A stretch of 55,057 nucleotides of DNA from Acutalibacteraceae bacterium (GTDB lineage Bacteria; Bacillota; Clostridia; Oscillospirales; Acutalibacteraceae). The notes beneath the pieces are model-generated. The model did no database searches. It was not told where the DNA came from and saw nothing but the letters and a program-made list of their open reading frames with translations. The DNA lies in contig JAZOWG010000201.1 in NCBI GenBank assembly GCA_045659105.1, positions 1-55,057 of the forward strand, in the 5' to 3' direction. Below are positions 1 to 9,147 of this stretch, piece after piece; the stretch's first letter is position 1, and every line of letters begins with the position of its first letter. The translations under genes and the position numbers were made by a program.

Positions 1-254
1 TCTGAGGTCATACCGATACCGTTATCGGAAATGATAAGCTGACGGTTTTCCTTGTCGGCAGTTATAAGGATTCTGAAATCGTCTTTAGTGAGGTTTACGG
101 AATTGTCTGTCAGCGATTTGAAGTAGAGCTTGTCAATAGCATCGCTTGCGTTGGAAATTAGCTCTCTTAAAAAGATTTCCTTGTGGGTGTAAATTGAATT
201 AATCATAAGGTCAAGCAGTTTCTTTGACTCTGCTTTGAACTGTTTCTGTCTCAT
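1..254 (-). CDS. htpG: Molecular chaperone HtpG (Hsp90 family), N-terminal fragment; the gene runs off the window start
   Basis: My own minus-strand translation from the ATG (complement of 252-254) reads [48 protein letters not shown]...[10 protein letters not shown]. This is the conserved Hsp90 N-terminal GHKL signature. An AAGGAG RBS lies at the complement of 263-268. Confidence 0.85.
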   Translation of the reverse strand, partial: MRQKQFKAESKKLLDLMINSIYTHKEIFLRELISNASDAIDKLYFKSLTDNSVNLTKDDFRILITADKENRQLIISDNGIGMTS

Positions 255-259
255 AATGC

Positions 260-303
260 TGTCTCCTTGATATAAAGACAAAAGCTCCGGAAGAATTCCG
301 AAG
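260..303 (-). promoter_or_regulatory. Structured htpG 5' leader with two hairpins, one of which sequesters the SD (candidate thermosensor/attenuator)
   Basis: On the mRNA, CUUCGGAA-uuc-UUCCGGAG (complement of 285-303) is followed by CUUUUGUCUUU. Then UGUCUUU (complement of 274-280) can pair with GGAGACA (complement of 260-266), which contains the SD. Confidence 0.3.
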
Positions 304-406
304 CCTTGTCTGTAATGAATACAATTTGGATTAAGAGAAAGGGGTGACAGGAAGAATCTTCCTATCAGTATTGAGTTTAGCTCTTAACCTTTAAAGACTC
401 TTAAAT

Positions 407-2128
407 TCAGTCTTCTATTGCGGCTTTTCGTGAATTTACGCTATAGAAAAATTCTGCGGGGAATTTTTCTTTTCTGTCATAAGTGTATACACCGTTCTGC
501 TCCTGTTCTACGTCGGTGAGCTGTGTATAGCAGAAGCCGAAGAAGCAGGGGTTGTCAAGGAGCGCATCGGTAAGTCCCTTATAACGAGCTTTGAATTCCT
601 CTTCCGTCTTGGGGGCGTCACCGTATCCCCATGATACGTATCGTGAATTGCCGTCTGTTGCGCTCCATTTGATTCCGCCGTATTCGCTTATAAATACGGG
701 CTGACCTTTCTTGTAGGTCTGTCTGTCGTCGAATCTGTCCCACGGAATTCCCGTTTCAATAATCTTATCGTTGTTTTCCTTGAAGATTTCAACCTTCTGC
801 TCATAGTCGTGAAGGTCGAAAATATCGGTTTCAACGTGGAAATTGCCGCTTGTATCAATGCAGGGTCTTGTTTTATCGGCTGTTTTTGTTGCTCTGTAAA
901 CAAGGCTCAATACGTCGTCATACTGCTTTCGTCCGTCCATATCCCAGGTCTCATTAAATGGGCACCAGCCGATAATTGCGGGATGGTTGAAATCACGGTC
1001 AATTTCTGCGAGCCACTCAGGAAGGAATGAATAAATGCTTTCGGGACGGGTGTGGTCAAGTCCCCAGTTTGCATATTCACCCCATACAAGGTAGCCTTCT
1101 TTGTCACAGTGGTAAAGGAATCTTTCCTCAAATACCTTTTCGTGAAGTCTTGCACCGTTGAAGCCGCAAGCCATTGAACGCTTTATATCAGCAAGGAGCT
1201 CTGCATCCGAGGGGGCTGTATAAATGCCGTCGGGATAGAAGCCCTGATCAAGAATCAGTCTCTGGAATACTGATTTGCCGTTGAGCATAAATTTGTAGCC
1301 GTCAAACCAGATGTTACGAAGACCGAAATAGCTTTTAACCTCGTCCTTGCCGTAAGTAAGGCTTAAGTCGTAAAGTCTGCCGTGTCCTGCCTCCCAGAGA
1401 TGAATCTCAGAAAGCTGAAGCGTCAGAGAGAATGTGCCTGAGCAATTGTCAATTGAAGCAGTACCCACTTCCCTGTCTTCATAGGATGCTTTGAGTGTAA
1501 GGCATTCCGCTCCTGCTACTTCACCTGTGACAGCCAGGGTTCCTGTTCTGTAGTCGGGATAATATTTTACGTGCTTAATATAGCTCTTTTCTGTAAATTC
1601 AAGCCACACTGTCTGCCATATACCGGTTGTTCTTGTGTAGTCGCAGCTGTGGGAATAATATTCCTCACTCTGTTTGCCTCGTGGAATCATAGGACATCTT
1701 GTATCATCCTCACAGAAAACAACAATTGTGTTCTCCCCTGCCGTTACGTAATCTGTAATGTCAAAGCAGAAGGAAACGTAACCTCCCTTATGGCTTCCTA
1801 CATCCTTGCCGTTGATGTAAACGGTAGTCTTATAGTCGGCGGCACCGAAGTGAAGAACTGTTCTCTTTTGGGCATTATCAGCGGAAATTGCAACTGTTCT
1901 CTTGTACCATACTCCGTACATAAAATCCTTGTGTCCGATACCCGAAAGCTCGGATTCGACACAGAAAGGAACGGTAATCTTCTTATCAAAAGCGGAAAAA
2001 TCCTCATAAAACTTTCTGGCAATACCGCTTCTGCCGTTATCAATACAGAAATCCCACTCACCGTTGAGATTTACCCAATTATTTCTCTGAAACTGAGGCT
2101 TGGGGTGTTCACTTCTCGGAATGCTCAT
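407..2128 (-). CDS. Glycoside hydrolase family 2 (beta-galactosidase/beta-glucuronidase-like)
   Basis: The ORF translation shows the GH2 sugar-binding segment NGKDVGSHKGGYVSF and the TIM-barrel motifs NGARLHEK and WCPFNETW. I trimmed the start to the ATG at 2128 (MSIPRSEHPKPQF), which follows an AGGAGAG RBS. The longer track ORF would overlap the upstream gene. Confidence 0.85.
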   Translation of the reverse strand: MSIPRSEHPKPQFQRNNWVNLNGEWDFCIDNGRSGIARKFYEDFSAFDKKITVPFCVESELSGIGHKDFMYGVWYKRTVAISADNAQKRTVLHFGAADYKTTVYINGKDVGSHKGGYVSFCFDITDYVTAGENTIVVFCEDDTRCPMIPRGKQSEEYYSHSCDYTRTTGIWQTVWLEFTEKSYIKHVKYYPDYRTGTLAVTGEVAGAECLTLKASYEDREVGTASIDNCSGTFSLTLQLSEIHLWEAGHGRLYDLSLTYGKDEVKSYFGLRNIWFDGYKFMLNGKSVFQRLILDQGFYPDGIYTAPSDAELLADIKRSMACGFNGARLHEKVFEERFLYHCDKEGYLVWGEYANWGLDHTRPESIYSFLPEWLAEIDRDFNHPAIIGWCPFNETWDMDGRKQYDDVLSLVYRATKTADKTRPCIDTSGNFHVETDIFDLHDYEQKVEIFKENNDKIIETGIPWDRFDDRQTYKKGQPVFISEYGGIKWSATDGNSRYVSWGYGDAPKTEEEFKARYKGLTDALLDNPCFFGFCYTQLTDVEQEQNGVYTYDRKEKFPAEFFYSVNSRKAAIED

Positions 2129-2142
2129 AATTTTCTCTCCTA

Positions 2143-3084
2143 TTAATAAAATGTTGCAACCAATTCTTCGGGTGCTTCGGTTTTTTCCATTTCTATAACA
2201 TTGAATATGGGGCCTTTTTTGCCGTACATTCTTGAAAATCTTACGTCTATTTCTGCGGTTACAATGTACCACTGAGAATTCTCAACGCAAGATAGGTCTT
2301 TTACCTTTGAAACAAGACCGCAAAAAGCTATGTCGTCTGCACAGCAGGTCATAATGTGTCTTCCTATGGCACAGGTGCCTGTGGGGAACTTCGGGTCTGT
2401 TGCCGCCATTGCACGGAATTTCGCAGTTTTGCCCTTATACTTTTTCATTTCCTCCGTAAGGTCTCTGTAGAATAAAGCAAAATCCTTATCAGATACCTCA
2501 ATTACGGGAGCATCTATATCAAAGGGTAAGGGATCTTCTATTTCATCGGGAATGAGAGTGCCGTCCTGATACTCATAAAGAATCTGAGTTCTTCGGGATG
2601 TTGCACGCACGATTTTGTGAAGCTCCATTGTATCGTAGCCCTTGGGAATTCTGTTAAAAACCGCCACGTCGCAGTCGGAAAGCTTGTCCACAATCAGGCT
2701 TCTCATATTGTTGTTGTATGAAATGAAAGTATTGCAGTCAAGGAACAGCATATTCTGATAAGGAACCCAATCTTCGGGCATATTGTCGTAAAAATCCTGT
2801 ATCATCCACATACCGTTATATTCGACAATAACACGCTCAGCCTTGAATGAATCGGCAAGCTTTTTGAGATTGCTTTCATTAAGCTCATCTTTACTGTCTA
2901 TTGTACAGATTTTTACGTTTTTACCGCTGAACTTTTCGGGCTCGTATTCCTCTTCACCTTCTTCGAATGTAAGAAGCAGAGTTCTTTCACCTGAATTGAA
3001 TCTTTTATCCTCAAGGGTATCCTGAATGAATGTAGTTTTTCCTGATTCAAGGAAGCCTGTAAATACATAAACGGGAATTGACAT
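2143..3084 (-). CDS. G3E/CobW-like P-loop GTPase lacking the CxCC motif, fused to a DUF1980/TIGR03943-like C-terminal domain
   Basis: Walker A is GFLESGKTTF and there is no GCxCC motif. The C-terminus AIGRHIMTCCADDIAFCGLV resembles the MTCCAADA signature of DUF1980 proteins. It lies 15 bp downstream of the COG0523 gene and 14 bp upstream of the GH2 gene. Confidence 0.6.
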   Translation of the reverse strand: MSIPVYVFTGFLESGKTTFIQDTLEDKRFNSGERTLLLTFEEGEEEYEPEKFSGKNVKICTIDSKDELNESNLKKLADSFKAERVIVEYNGMWMIQDFYDNMPEDWVPYQNMLFLDCNTFISYNNNMRSLIVDKLSDCDVAVFNRIPKGYDTMELHKIVRATSRRTQILYEYQDGTLIPDEIEDPLPFDIDAPVIEVSDKDFALFYRDLTEEMKKYKGKTAKFRAMAATDPKFPTGTCAIGRHIMTCCADDIAFCGLVSKVKDLSCVENSQWYIVTAEIDVRFSRMYGKKGPIFNVIEMEKTEAPEELVATFY

Positions 3085-3099
3085 ATTGAAATCCTCCGA

Positions 3100-4269
3100 T
3101 TATAAACCGAATACTTCTTCGATTTCTTTTTCGTTGAGCTTGGATCCGATAACGCAGATTCTTCCGATGATTCCGGCACTACCGTGTCTTACGTCTGCCT
3201 CTCCCGGTGTATAGTCAAAGTGAATCCAGCTGTCTTCATCTGAATCAATTATACCCTTGGCACGGAGAACAATTCCGAAGCGCTCCTCGTCGCAAAGCAG
3301 ATCAAGAATGCCGGATATTTCATCTGAACTGAATTTTTTTGATGTTTCACGGCCGATGCTGACAAATACTTCATCTGCGTGATGGTGATGATGGTGATGC
3401 TCATGGTCGTGACATCCGCAATCGCAGTCATCATCGTGGTGGTGATGGTGCTCGTGATGCTCATGGTCGTGACATCCGCAGTCGCAATCCTCATCGTGGT
3501 GGTGATGGTGCTCGTGATGCTCATGGTCGTGACATCCGCAGTCGCAGTTCTCATCGTGGTGATGGTGCTCGTGATGCTCGTGGTCGTGACATCCGCAGTC
3601 ACAGTCATCATCGTGATGGTGATGATGTTCGTGATGGTGCTCCTTGTGCATAGCTTCAATTACTGCTTCAAGGGTATCCTTTCTTTCAATAGCATCAACA
3701 AGAGCTTCATTTGAAAGCTCGGAAATGGGGGTGGTAACAATTACAGCACCGGGATTCTTTTCTCTTACGAGCTCTACTGCAGTTTTAAGCTTATCAGGCT
3801 TTACGCTGTCGGCGTGGCTCATAATGATTGTTCCTGCGTGTTCAATCTGATCATTGAAAAATTCACCGAAGTTCTTCATATACATTTTACATTTACCTGC
3901 ATCTACTACTGTTGTAAATGCATTGAGAGTCACGTTGTCTCCGGCAATACTCTCTACTGCACGGATAACGTCGGAAAGCTTACCGACACCTGAGGGCTCA
4001 ATAAGAATTCTGTCGGGAGCATATTCATCAATTACCTTTGTAAGTGCAGTTCTGAAATCACCGACGAGACTGCAACAGATGCAGCCTGAGTTCATTTCTG
4101 TAATTTCGATACCTGCGTCCTGAAGAAAGCCGCCGTCAATACCTATTTCACCGAATTCATTTTCAATAAGAACAAGCTTTTCGCCTTTGTAGCAATCGGC
4201 AATCAGCTTTTTGATAAGAGTAGTTTTTCCCGCACCGAGAAAGCCTGAATAAATATCAATTTTAGTCAT
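3100..4269 (-). CDS. COG0523-family (CobW/ZigA/YjiA-like) metallochaperone GTPase with a repetitive His/Cys-rich insert
   Basis: Motifs seen are GFLGAGKTTL (Walker A), GCICCSL (CxCC metal motif) and IEPSGVG. A CobW_C-like tail is present. Between the two domains sit four copies of CDCGCHDHEHHEHHHH. Confidence 0.9.
   Translation of the reverse strand: MTKIDIYSGFLGAGKTTLIKKLIADCYKGEKLVLIENEFGEIGIDGGFLQDAGIEITEMNSGCICCSLVGDFRTALTKVIDEYAPDRILIEPSGVGKLSDVIRAVESIAGDNVTLNAFTTVVDAGKCKMYMKNFGEFFNDQIEHAGTIIMSHADSVKPDKLKTAVELVREKNPGAVIVTTPISELSNEALVDAIERKDTLEAVIEAMHKEHHHEHHHHHDDDCDCGCHDHEHHEHHHHDENCDCGCHDHEHHEHHHHHDEDCDCGCHDHEHHEHHHHHDDDCDCGCHDHEHHHHHHHADEVFVSIGRETSKKFSSDEISGILDLLCDEERFGIVLRAKGIIDSDEDSWIHFDYTPGEADVRHGSAGIIGRICVIGSKLNEKEIEEVFGL
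3379..3640. repeat. In-frame tandem repeat with a 60-bp period (3 units plus one 57-bp unit) encoding the His/Cys-rich modules
   Basis: The unit ctcatggtcgtgacatccgca...ctcgtgatg recurs at 3401, 3461 and 3521 (exactly 60 bp apart) and at about 3578. Confidence 0.95.
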
Positions 4270-4340
4270 TCTGCAACATCCTTAAAAATTTTATACTTAT
4301 ATATTTTACCACTTAAAAATTATATTACAAGGCTTTTGAC

Positions 4341-4372
4341 AAAAAAAGTACGGAGCCTTTTAAGACTCCGTA
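4341..4372 (-). terminator. Intrinsic terminator downstream of sdaA
   Basis: The minus strand reads UACGGAG-loop-CUCCGUA followed by U7 (the A-run at 4341-4347 on the plus strand). Confidence 0.8.
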
Positions 4373-4376
4373 AAAA

Positions 4377-5600
4377 TCAGTTGTATAATTTTGCAAGACC
4401 GCCCTCACTTGTTTCGCGGTAATTGTTATGAAGGTCCTTGCCGGTCTCGTACATCGTTTTAATAACAAGGTCGAAGGAAATCTTTCTTGAGCCATAAAGG
4501 AAGTTAGCAAGATTAACAGCGTTTATTGCTCTCATTGCCGCAACGGCATTTCTTTCAATACAGGGAATCTGAACAAGTCCTCTTACAGGGTCGCACGTAA
4601 GCCCCAGATGGTGCTCCATAGCAACCTCTGCTGCATACTCTATCTGTTCGATTTCCATATCGAACAGCTCTGCAAGAGCTGCTGCTGCCATTGAACAGGC
4701 ACTGCCGATTTCTGCCTGACAGCCGGCTTCCGCACCGCTTATGGATGCATTTGTCTTTATGATATTTCCGATAAGGCCGCCTGTAGCAAGAGCTCTTAAA
4801 ATATCTGTATCGGAAAAGCGCTTTTTATCCTGCATATATTTAAGCACAGCGGGAAGTACACCGCTTGCACCGCAGGTTGGAGCTGTTACTATCTTGCCGT
4901 TACAGGATGCATTCTGCTCGCTGACAGCAAAGGCGTAAGCGCAGACAAGGCGGTTTTCTTTAGTCTCTGCAAGCTCATCCATGTGTCTGTAGTTGTAAAG
5001 CTGCTTTGCTTTACGAATAACGCCGAGCCCACCAAATATCTCGCCTTCTGCTGAGATACCCTCCTTTACGGAGTTCTTCATAGTATCCCATATGGTCTGC
5101 AGAAAATCCCATATTTCAAAGCCTTCGACCTCTTCGACGTACTGCCACAGTCTTATATCTTTTTCTTTGCAATAAGCGGCAATTTCGGAAAAGGTTGATA
5201 ATTTGTAAGGTCTTTCGGGGGATTTTACGTCTTCACCCATAAATCTTATTGCACCGCCGCCGACACTCAAAACTGTGAAGTCTGCAATAACAGTATCATT
5301 TTTTATGATTTCAAAACGCATGGTGTTGGGATGAGGTAAATCAGTAACGGTGTTATCAAAAATAATTTCTGTTTTCTGTTCAGATAATGTCTTTTTAATG
5401 ATATAGTCAGTTCTGTGACCTACACCGGTTTTTGAGAGAGAGCCGAAAAGTGTTACGCGGAACTTATCAGCATCCGGATATTTCAGCGAAATAATTTTTG
5501 CTGCACGTTCGGGACCCATTGTGTGTGAGCTTGAAGGTCCTACTCCTATCTTATAAAGCTCTTTTAACGATTCCATTGTTTTTTCGTTTGTATTGCTCAT
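4377..5600 (-). CDS. sdaA: L-serine ammonia-lyase (iron-sulfur-dependent, single-chain form)
   Basis: The N-terminus contains LYKIGVGPSSSHTMGP, the serine dehydratase signature. The beta- and alpha-domain order sits in one polypeptide. The RBS is AGGAGA. Confidence 0.9.
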   Translation of the reverse strand: MSNTNEKTMESLKELYKIGVGPSSSHTMGPERAAKIISLKYPDADKFRVTLFGSLSKTGVGHRTDYIIKKTLSEQKTEIIFDNTVTDLPHPNTMRFEIIKNDTVIADFTVLSVGGGAIRFMGEDVKSPERPYKLSTFSEIAAYCKEKDIRLWQYVEEVEGFEIWDFLQTIWDTMKNSVKEGISAEGEIFGGLGVIRKAKQLYNYRHMDELAETKENRLVCAYAFAVSEQNASCNGKIVTAPTCGASGVLPAVLKYMQDKKRFSDTDILRALATGGLIGNIIKTNASISGAEAGCQAEIGSACSMAAAALAELFDMEIEQIEYAAEVAMEHHLGLTCDPVRGLVQIPCIERNAVAAMRAINAVNLANFLYGSRKISFDLVIKTMYETGKDLHNNYRETSEGGLAKLYN

Positions 5601-5669
5601 TATATTTCTCCTGATATCTGTTCTATACTAATAATATAAACAAATCGGGGAAATAAATCAAGTAAATTA

Positions 5670-7187
5670 TCAGAATGAGGGCAATAAAAGCATTTTGTCT
5701 TCTGTAATTATGTCGCCTGTAAGATTATTTATTTCTTTAAGTGCATCAACTGATGTTCTGTTTTCTTTTGCAACTGACCATATATCTTCATTCTGCTTAG
5801 CAAAATATATTGTAAATTTTGATGAAGCATCATAGTGTGACTCTTCAAGAAGTTTTATGTCTGTAAAGCACAATACTTTACGAGTTGCGCATATATCTGC
5901 CTCAAAAAGAATATCGGAATTAAATCTGATTTTTCCTCCCTGTATCTGTAAAGCATTTATGCTTAACACCTTTTCGGAATGGTTGGTTATTGCAGTTTCT
6001 TCCTGTTCTGCAATCAGCTGTGTTTCAAAGGTGTGTTCTCTTGAAATTATAGACAGTGTACCGTATTCGTTTTTGGTAAGGGCATTAAACAATGCGGTGA
6101 CAAGGAGATTATATTTGTTTCCTCGTTTTTCTGAGGAAATTCTCATATTGCTTATCCAGCTGTCAACAACGGAAAACTTTGCTTCATCATATATGTCAGT
6201 TTCAAAAATTATATTTTCTGTTTTTGTCAGTCTTTTACAGGAAGTTATAAGCTCGACTGTATCTTTGACCGTTGACATTTCGTTTTTTACGGAAAAAAGA
6301 TCGCATACCATATTTGCCGTGACAGTTCTGTTTATTTCTGCCTGAATATTGATGTCAAGTCTTACGTCCAGCGTATTATTATCATTTTCTGTATTTCTTA
6401 TAATTGTTTCGGTAAAAATATCATTGATATATATGTTGCAGATATCATCCTCTTCTGCACCGAAAATATCAATAATTTCTGATATCGGAAGACTTATAAC
6501 AGTAGATGCGATATTGCTTGTTTTGTCGGAATAAAATAAAATTTCAGTCTCCGCAAGACCTTTAATATAAGCCTTGTTATGTATTGTTTTAATTTCGGAT
6601 ATCTTAATTTGGCTGTTCTTTCGGATGATAATATCAGGTATATCATTGAAATCAGTAAGCGGATAGCTCCCGGTAAGCGAAAAGCTTCTTGATACGGTAT
6701 TTATCTGAGAAACATAATCTATGCTCTCGTTTTTAGATATAACTGACTCATCATCAACCGAGGAAATGAGTATCTTATCCGTTGAGCTTTTAATTTTTAC
6801 TCCTATCTGAAGCACTGCTCTGAGTTCAATTCTTTTCGCCGCGATTGCACGGCAGTTAAGGGAAAAAACTGTCTGATTTACTTTAGATGAGAGACAGCTT
6901 TCTGCATATTGTGTCTGAAAAACCTTTGTGTATCTGTATTCATTTTCATAACAGTACATTTTGTTGTTTTCACCGATATAAATCAATGAAAATTTTGATA
7001 TGCCTGCTATACTGATTTTGTCCCCGCTTGTTGTTACGGCTTCAACAACGGGTATTATTTCACTTTTGAGAATTTTTCCGATACTGTCATAATAATCGGG
7101 CAGAATAATATCGGCATCTATATTCTGCTGTGCAGTGAGATTTGCTGCTTCTGTTATGGATTTGATGCAAAGTGTATCTGTGTTCAT
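5670..7187 (-). CDS. DUF3794-type protein with a C-terminal LysM-like domain (sporulation/coat-associated family)
   Basis: The N-terminal ILPDYYDSIGKIL motif is typical of DUF3794 repeats. The C-terminus YFAKQNEDIWSVAKENRTSVDALKEINNL is LysM-like. Confidence 0.55.
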   Translation of the reverse strand: MNTDTLCIKSITEAANLTAQQNIDADIILPDYYDSIGKILKSEIIPVVEAVTTSGDKISIAGISKFSLIYIGENNKMYCYENEYRYTKVFQTQYAESCLSSKVNQTVFSLNCRAIAAKRIELRAVLQIGVKIKSSTDKILISSVDDESVISKNESIDYVSQINTVSRSFSLTGSYPLTDFNDIPDIIIRKNSQIKISEIKTIHNKAYIKGLAETEILFYSDKTSNIASTVISLPISEIIDIFGAEEDDICNIYINDIFTETIIRNTENDNNTLDVRLDINIQAEINRTVTANMVCDLFSVKNEMSTVKDTVELITSCKRLTKTENIIFETDIYDEAKFSVVDSWISNMRISSEKRGNKYNLLVTALFNALTKNEYGTLSIISREHTFETQLIAEQEETAITNHSEKVLSINALQIQGGKIRFNSDILFEADICATRKVLCFTDIKLLEESHYDASSKFTIYFAKQNEDIWSVAKENRTSVDALKEINNLTGDIITEDKMLLLPSF

Positions 7188-7246
7188 ATTTACCGCTCCT
7201 TAATTGTGTTCAATTAATTCTATGATACACCTGTCCTGAATATTAC

Positions 7247-7276
7247 AAAAAAAATACAGGCAGAAAATCTGCCTGT
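7247..7276 (-). terminator. Intrinsic terminator downstream of trmB
   Basis: The minus strand reads ACAGGCAG-auuuu-CUGCCUGU followed by U8. Confidence 0.8.
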
Positions 7277-7308
7277 AAAATATTGCGGATATTATTCCTG
7301 ATTCGGAA

Positions 7309-7974
7309 CTACATATATGCCTCAAGTCTGTAAATGGGCATTCCCATAGAAGAAAACTTTCTTTCATACTCGGTTACGATATTACCTTCAAAATTGCTGT
7401 TGTGAAGGTCAAGTGAAATGTTTTTCAGCTTAAAGCTTGCAAGAGTATATTGCTCAATTGAATATTCAAAGAAATGCATATTGTCTGTTTTTTGATGAAT
7501 TTCAGCGTCAGGTGTGAGAATTTCTTTGTATATTTCAAGGAATTTTATGTTTGTAAGCCTTCTGTTTTCGTTTGCCTTTTTAGGAAGTGGACACGAGAAA
7601 TTGAGATATAATTTGCCGATTGATGCGGGCTTTATGTATTTTGTCAGGATTTCTGCGCCGCATTTCATAAATATTACATTAGTAATTCCTGCTTCCTTTG
7701 CCTTTTTGCAGGCATCGGAAATAACACTTTCGTTGACTTCAACGGCTATGTAGTTGATGTCGGGAGTGCGGGCTGCAAGCTCGAACATAAACTGACCTTT
7801 TCCGCATCCTATTTCCATATGTACGGGGCGGTCATTGCCGAAAAGCTCAGCAAAATCAATATATTCCTTTTGTGCAATTATGGATCTGTGATCGTCCGTG
7901 ACTTTTGGGATAAGGATTATATTATCAAAGGATGCAAGCCTTTCTTCAAGATTCTTTTTTCTTCTCATTCTCAT
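7309..7974 (-). CDS. trmB: tRNA (guanine46-N7)-methyltransferase
   Basis: It has the HMEIGCGKGQF SAM-binding motif and the length and architecture typical of TrmB. Confidence 0.9.
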   Translation of the reverse strand: MRMRRKKNLEERLASFDNIILIPKVTDDHRSIIAQKEYIDFAELFGNDRPVHMEIGCGKGQFMFELAARTPDINYIAVEVNESVISDACKKAKEAGITNVIFMKCGAEILTKYIKPASIGKLYLNFSCPLPKKANENRRLTNIKFLEIYKEILTPDAEIHQKTDNMHFFEYSIEQYTLASFKLKNISLDLHNSNFEGNIVTEYERKFSSMGMPIYRLEAYM

Positions 7975-7978
7975 ATAA

Positions 7979-9139
7979 TCATACCTTCAATTCCTTAAAA
8001 AACTTAATAATTATTTCTTTGTCAGCTTTGACCTTTCCCTGAAGCATACAGCCCCTTCCGCCGCCGCTGCCGTTACAGATGCCGTTAAATTGCTTGACTA
8101 TGGCCGGGAGCTCTGATAAATCCGAGAAAATACAATATGCATACCCTGATTCGTCATTGCCTGAAAGTATAATACAAAGCTTTTTGCATTTATCCTTAGA
8201 AAAATTGCATATTTCGCGTATTTCTTCCATTGACAGCTTATCGTAAAATCTGTATATAACATCGCCGGGCAATATATCTGAAGCGATAATTTCGAGCAGA
8301 TTCTTCTGCTTTAAAGAAAAATCATATTTTATAACGCTGTTTGCAGATATAATCTTTGCGACTGCTTCTGCTGTTTCATCGTGTTTTGCACACAGCTGTG
8401 ATGATATGCTCATTGTTGCGTTATGCTTATTTATATAGTCCTTCATTGCAGTTTTTCCGCAGATGAGTGTTATTCGAATTCCTCCTCTGTGGCTGACAGC
8501 TGAAAGAATCTTAATTATACCAATTTCACCGGTATATTTGACGTGCGGTGCACAGCAGGCACATAAATCTGTGTTCTCTATTTCGACAAGCCGTATGTCA
8601 TCCGTAAGCTCAAGCTTGCTTCTGTACTCATATTTTTGTGCTTGTTCTGCAGTCACAATGAATGTATTAATTTTTTTGTTCTTATAGATACACTCATTAG
8701 CCTTTTCTTCAATAACACAAAGTTGTTCTTTTGTGAAAGGAATATTGAAATCAACCGTCATTAATGTATCGTCCATATGAAAGCCGATGTTGTCGGCTCC
8801 GAAAAGACTGTGTGCAATACCGGAAACGATGTGTTCGCCGGAGTGTGACTGCATACGCATAAAGCGTTTTTCAGCATCAATTTTACATAATGCTGCGGCT
8901 CCGGGTGAAGGTAAATCGGTATTATCAGTAAAATGATAAATTATGCCGTCTTTTTCAATAACATCGTATATGAATATGTTTTCTATATATCCTGTATCTG
9001 CAGGCTGTCCTCCACCCTCAGGAAAGAATGCGGATTTATCGAGAATTATTGCAGTTTTATTATTTACTGCTTCAATACCGATAATTGTAGCATTGAATTC
9101 GGTGATATAGCTGTCAGAGTAATATAATTTTTCTGTCAT
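7979..9139 (-). CDS. alaX: Alanyl-tRNA editing protein (AlaX-L type: editing domain plus DHHA1-like C-terminus)
   Basis: It has FFPEGGGQPADTG, the zinc motifs HSGEH and CCAPH of the AlaRS second additional domain, and a C-terminal GSGGGRGCMLQGK segment. Confidence 0.85.
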   Translation of the reverse strand: MTEKLYYSDSYITEFNATIIGIEAVNNKTAIILDKSAFFPEGGGQPADTGYIENIFIYDVIEKDGIIYHFTDNTDLPSPGAAALCKIDAEKRFMRMQSHSGEHIVSGIAHSLFGADNIGFHMDDTLMTVDFNIPFTKEQLCVIEEKANECIYKNKKINTFIVTAEQAQKYEYRSKLELTDDIRLVEIENTDLCACCAPHVKYTGEIGIIKILSAVSHRGGIRITLICGKTAMKDYINKHNATMSISSQLCAKHDETAEAVAKIISANSVIKYDFSLKQKNLLEIIASDILPGDVIYRFYDKLSMEEIREICNFSKDKCKKLCIILSGNDESGYAYCIFSDLSELPAIVKQFNGICNGSGGGRGCMLQGKVKADKEIIIKFFKELKV

Positions 9140-9147
9140 TTTGCACC

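Noticed and set aside
330-406. CIRCE (HrcA) operator upstream of htpG (ttagctctt...agactctta)
   Set aside because: The right half is not the reverse complement of the left half. It is a poor match to TTAGCACTC-N9-GAGTGCTAA.
1571-2146. Long shadow ORFs antisense to well-supported genes: 1571-2146, 20657-21211, 28478-29008, 29195-29659, 43335-43934 and 44987-45424
   Set aside because: They lie fully inside strongly supported CDSs on the other strand, are Cys/Phe/Asn-rich and have no start context. They are typical shadow frames.
3249-3714. ORFs of 136 aa (-) and 111 aa (+) over the His-rich repeat
   Set aside because: These are alternative-frame or antisense readings of the 60-bp tandem repeat (MMVMMVML... 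and TITTMRTATADVTT...). They are artefacts of the repeat periodicity inside the COG0523 gene.
4270-4340. Zur box in front of the COG0523 gene
   Set aside because: Only a GTAAT half-site-like fragment is present. There is no dyad resembling TCGTAATnATTACGA. I cannot support Zn regulation from this sequence alone.
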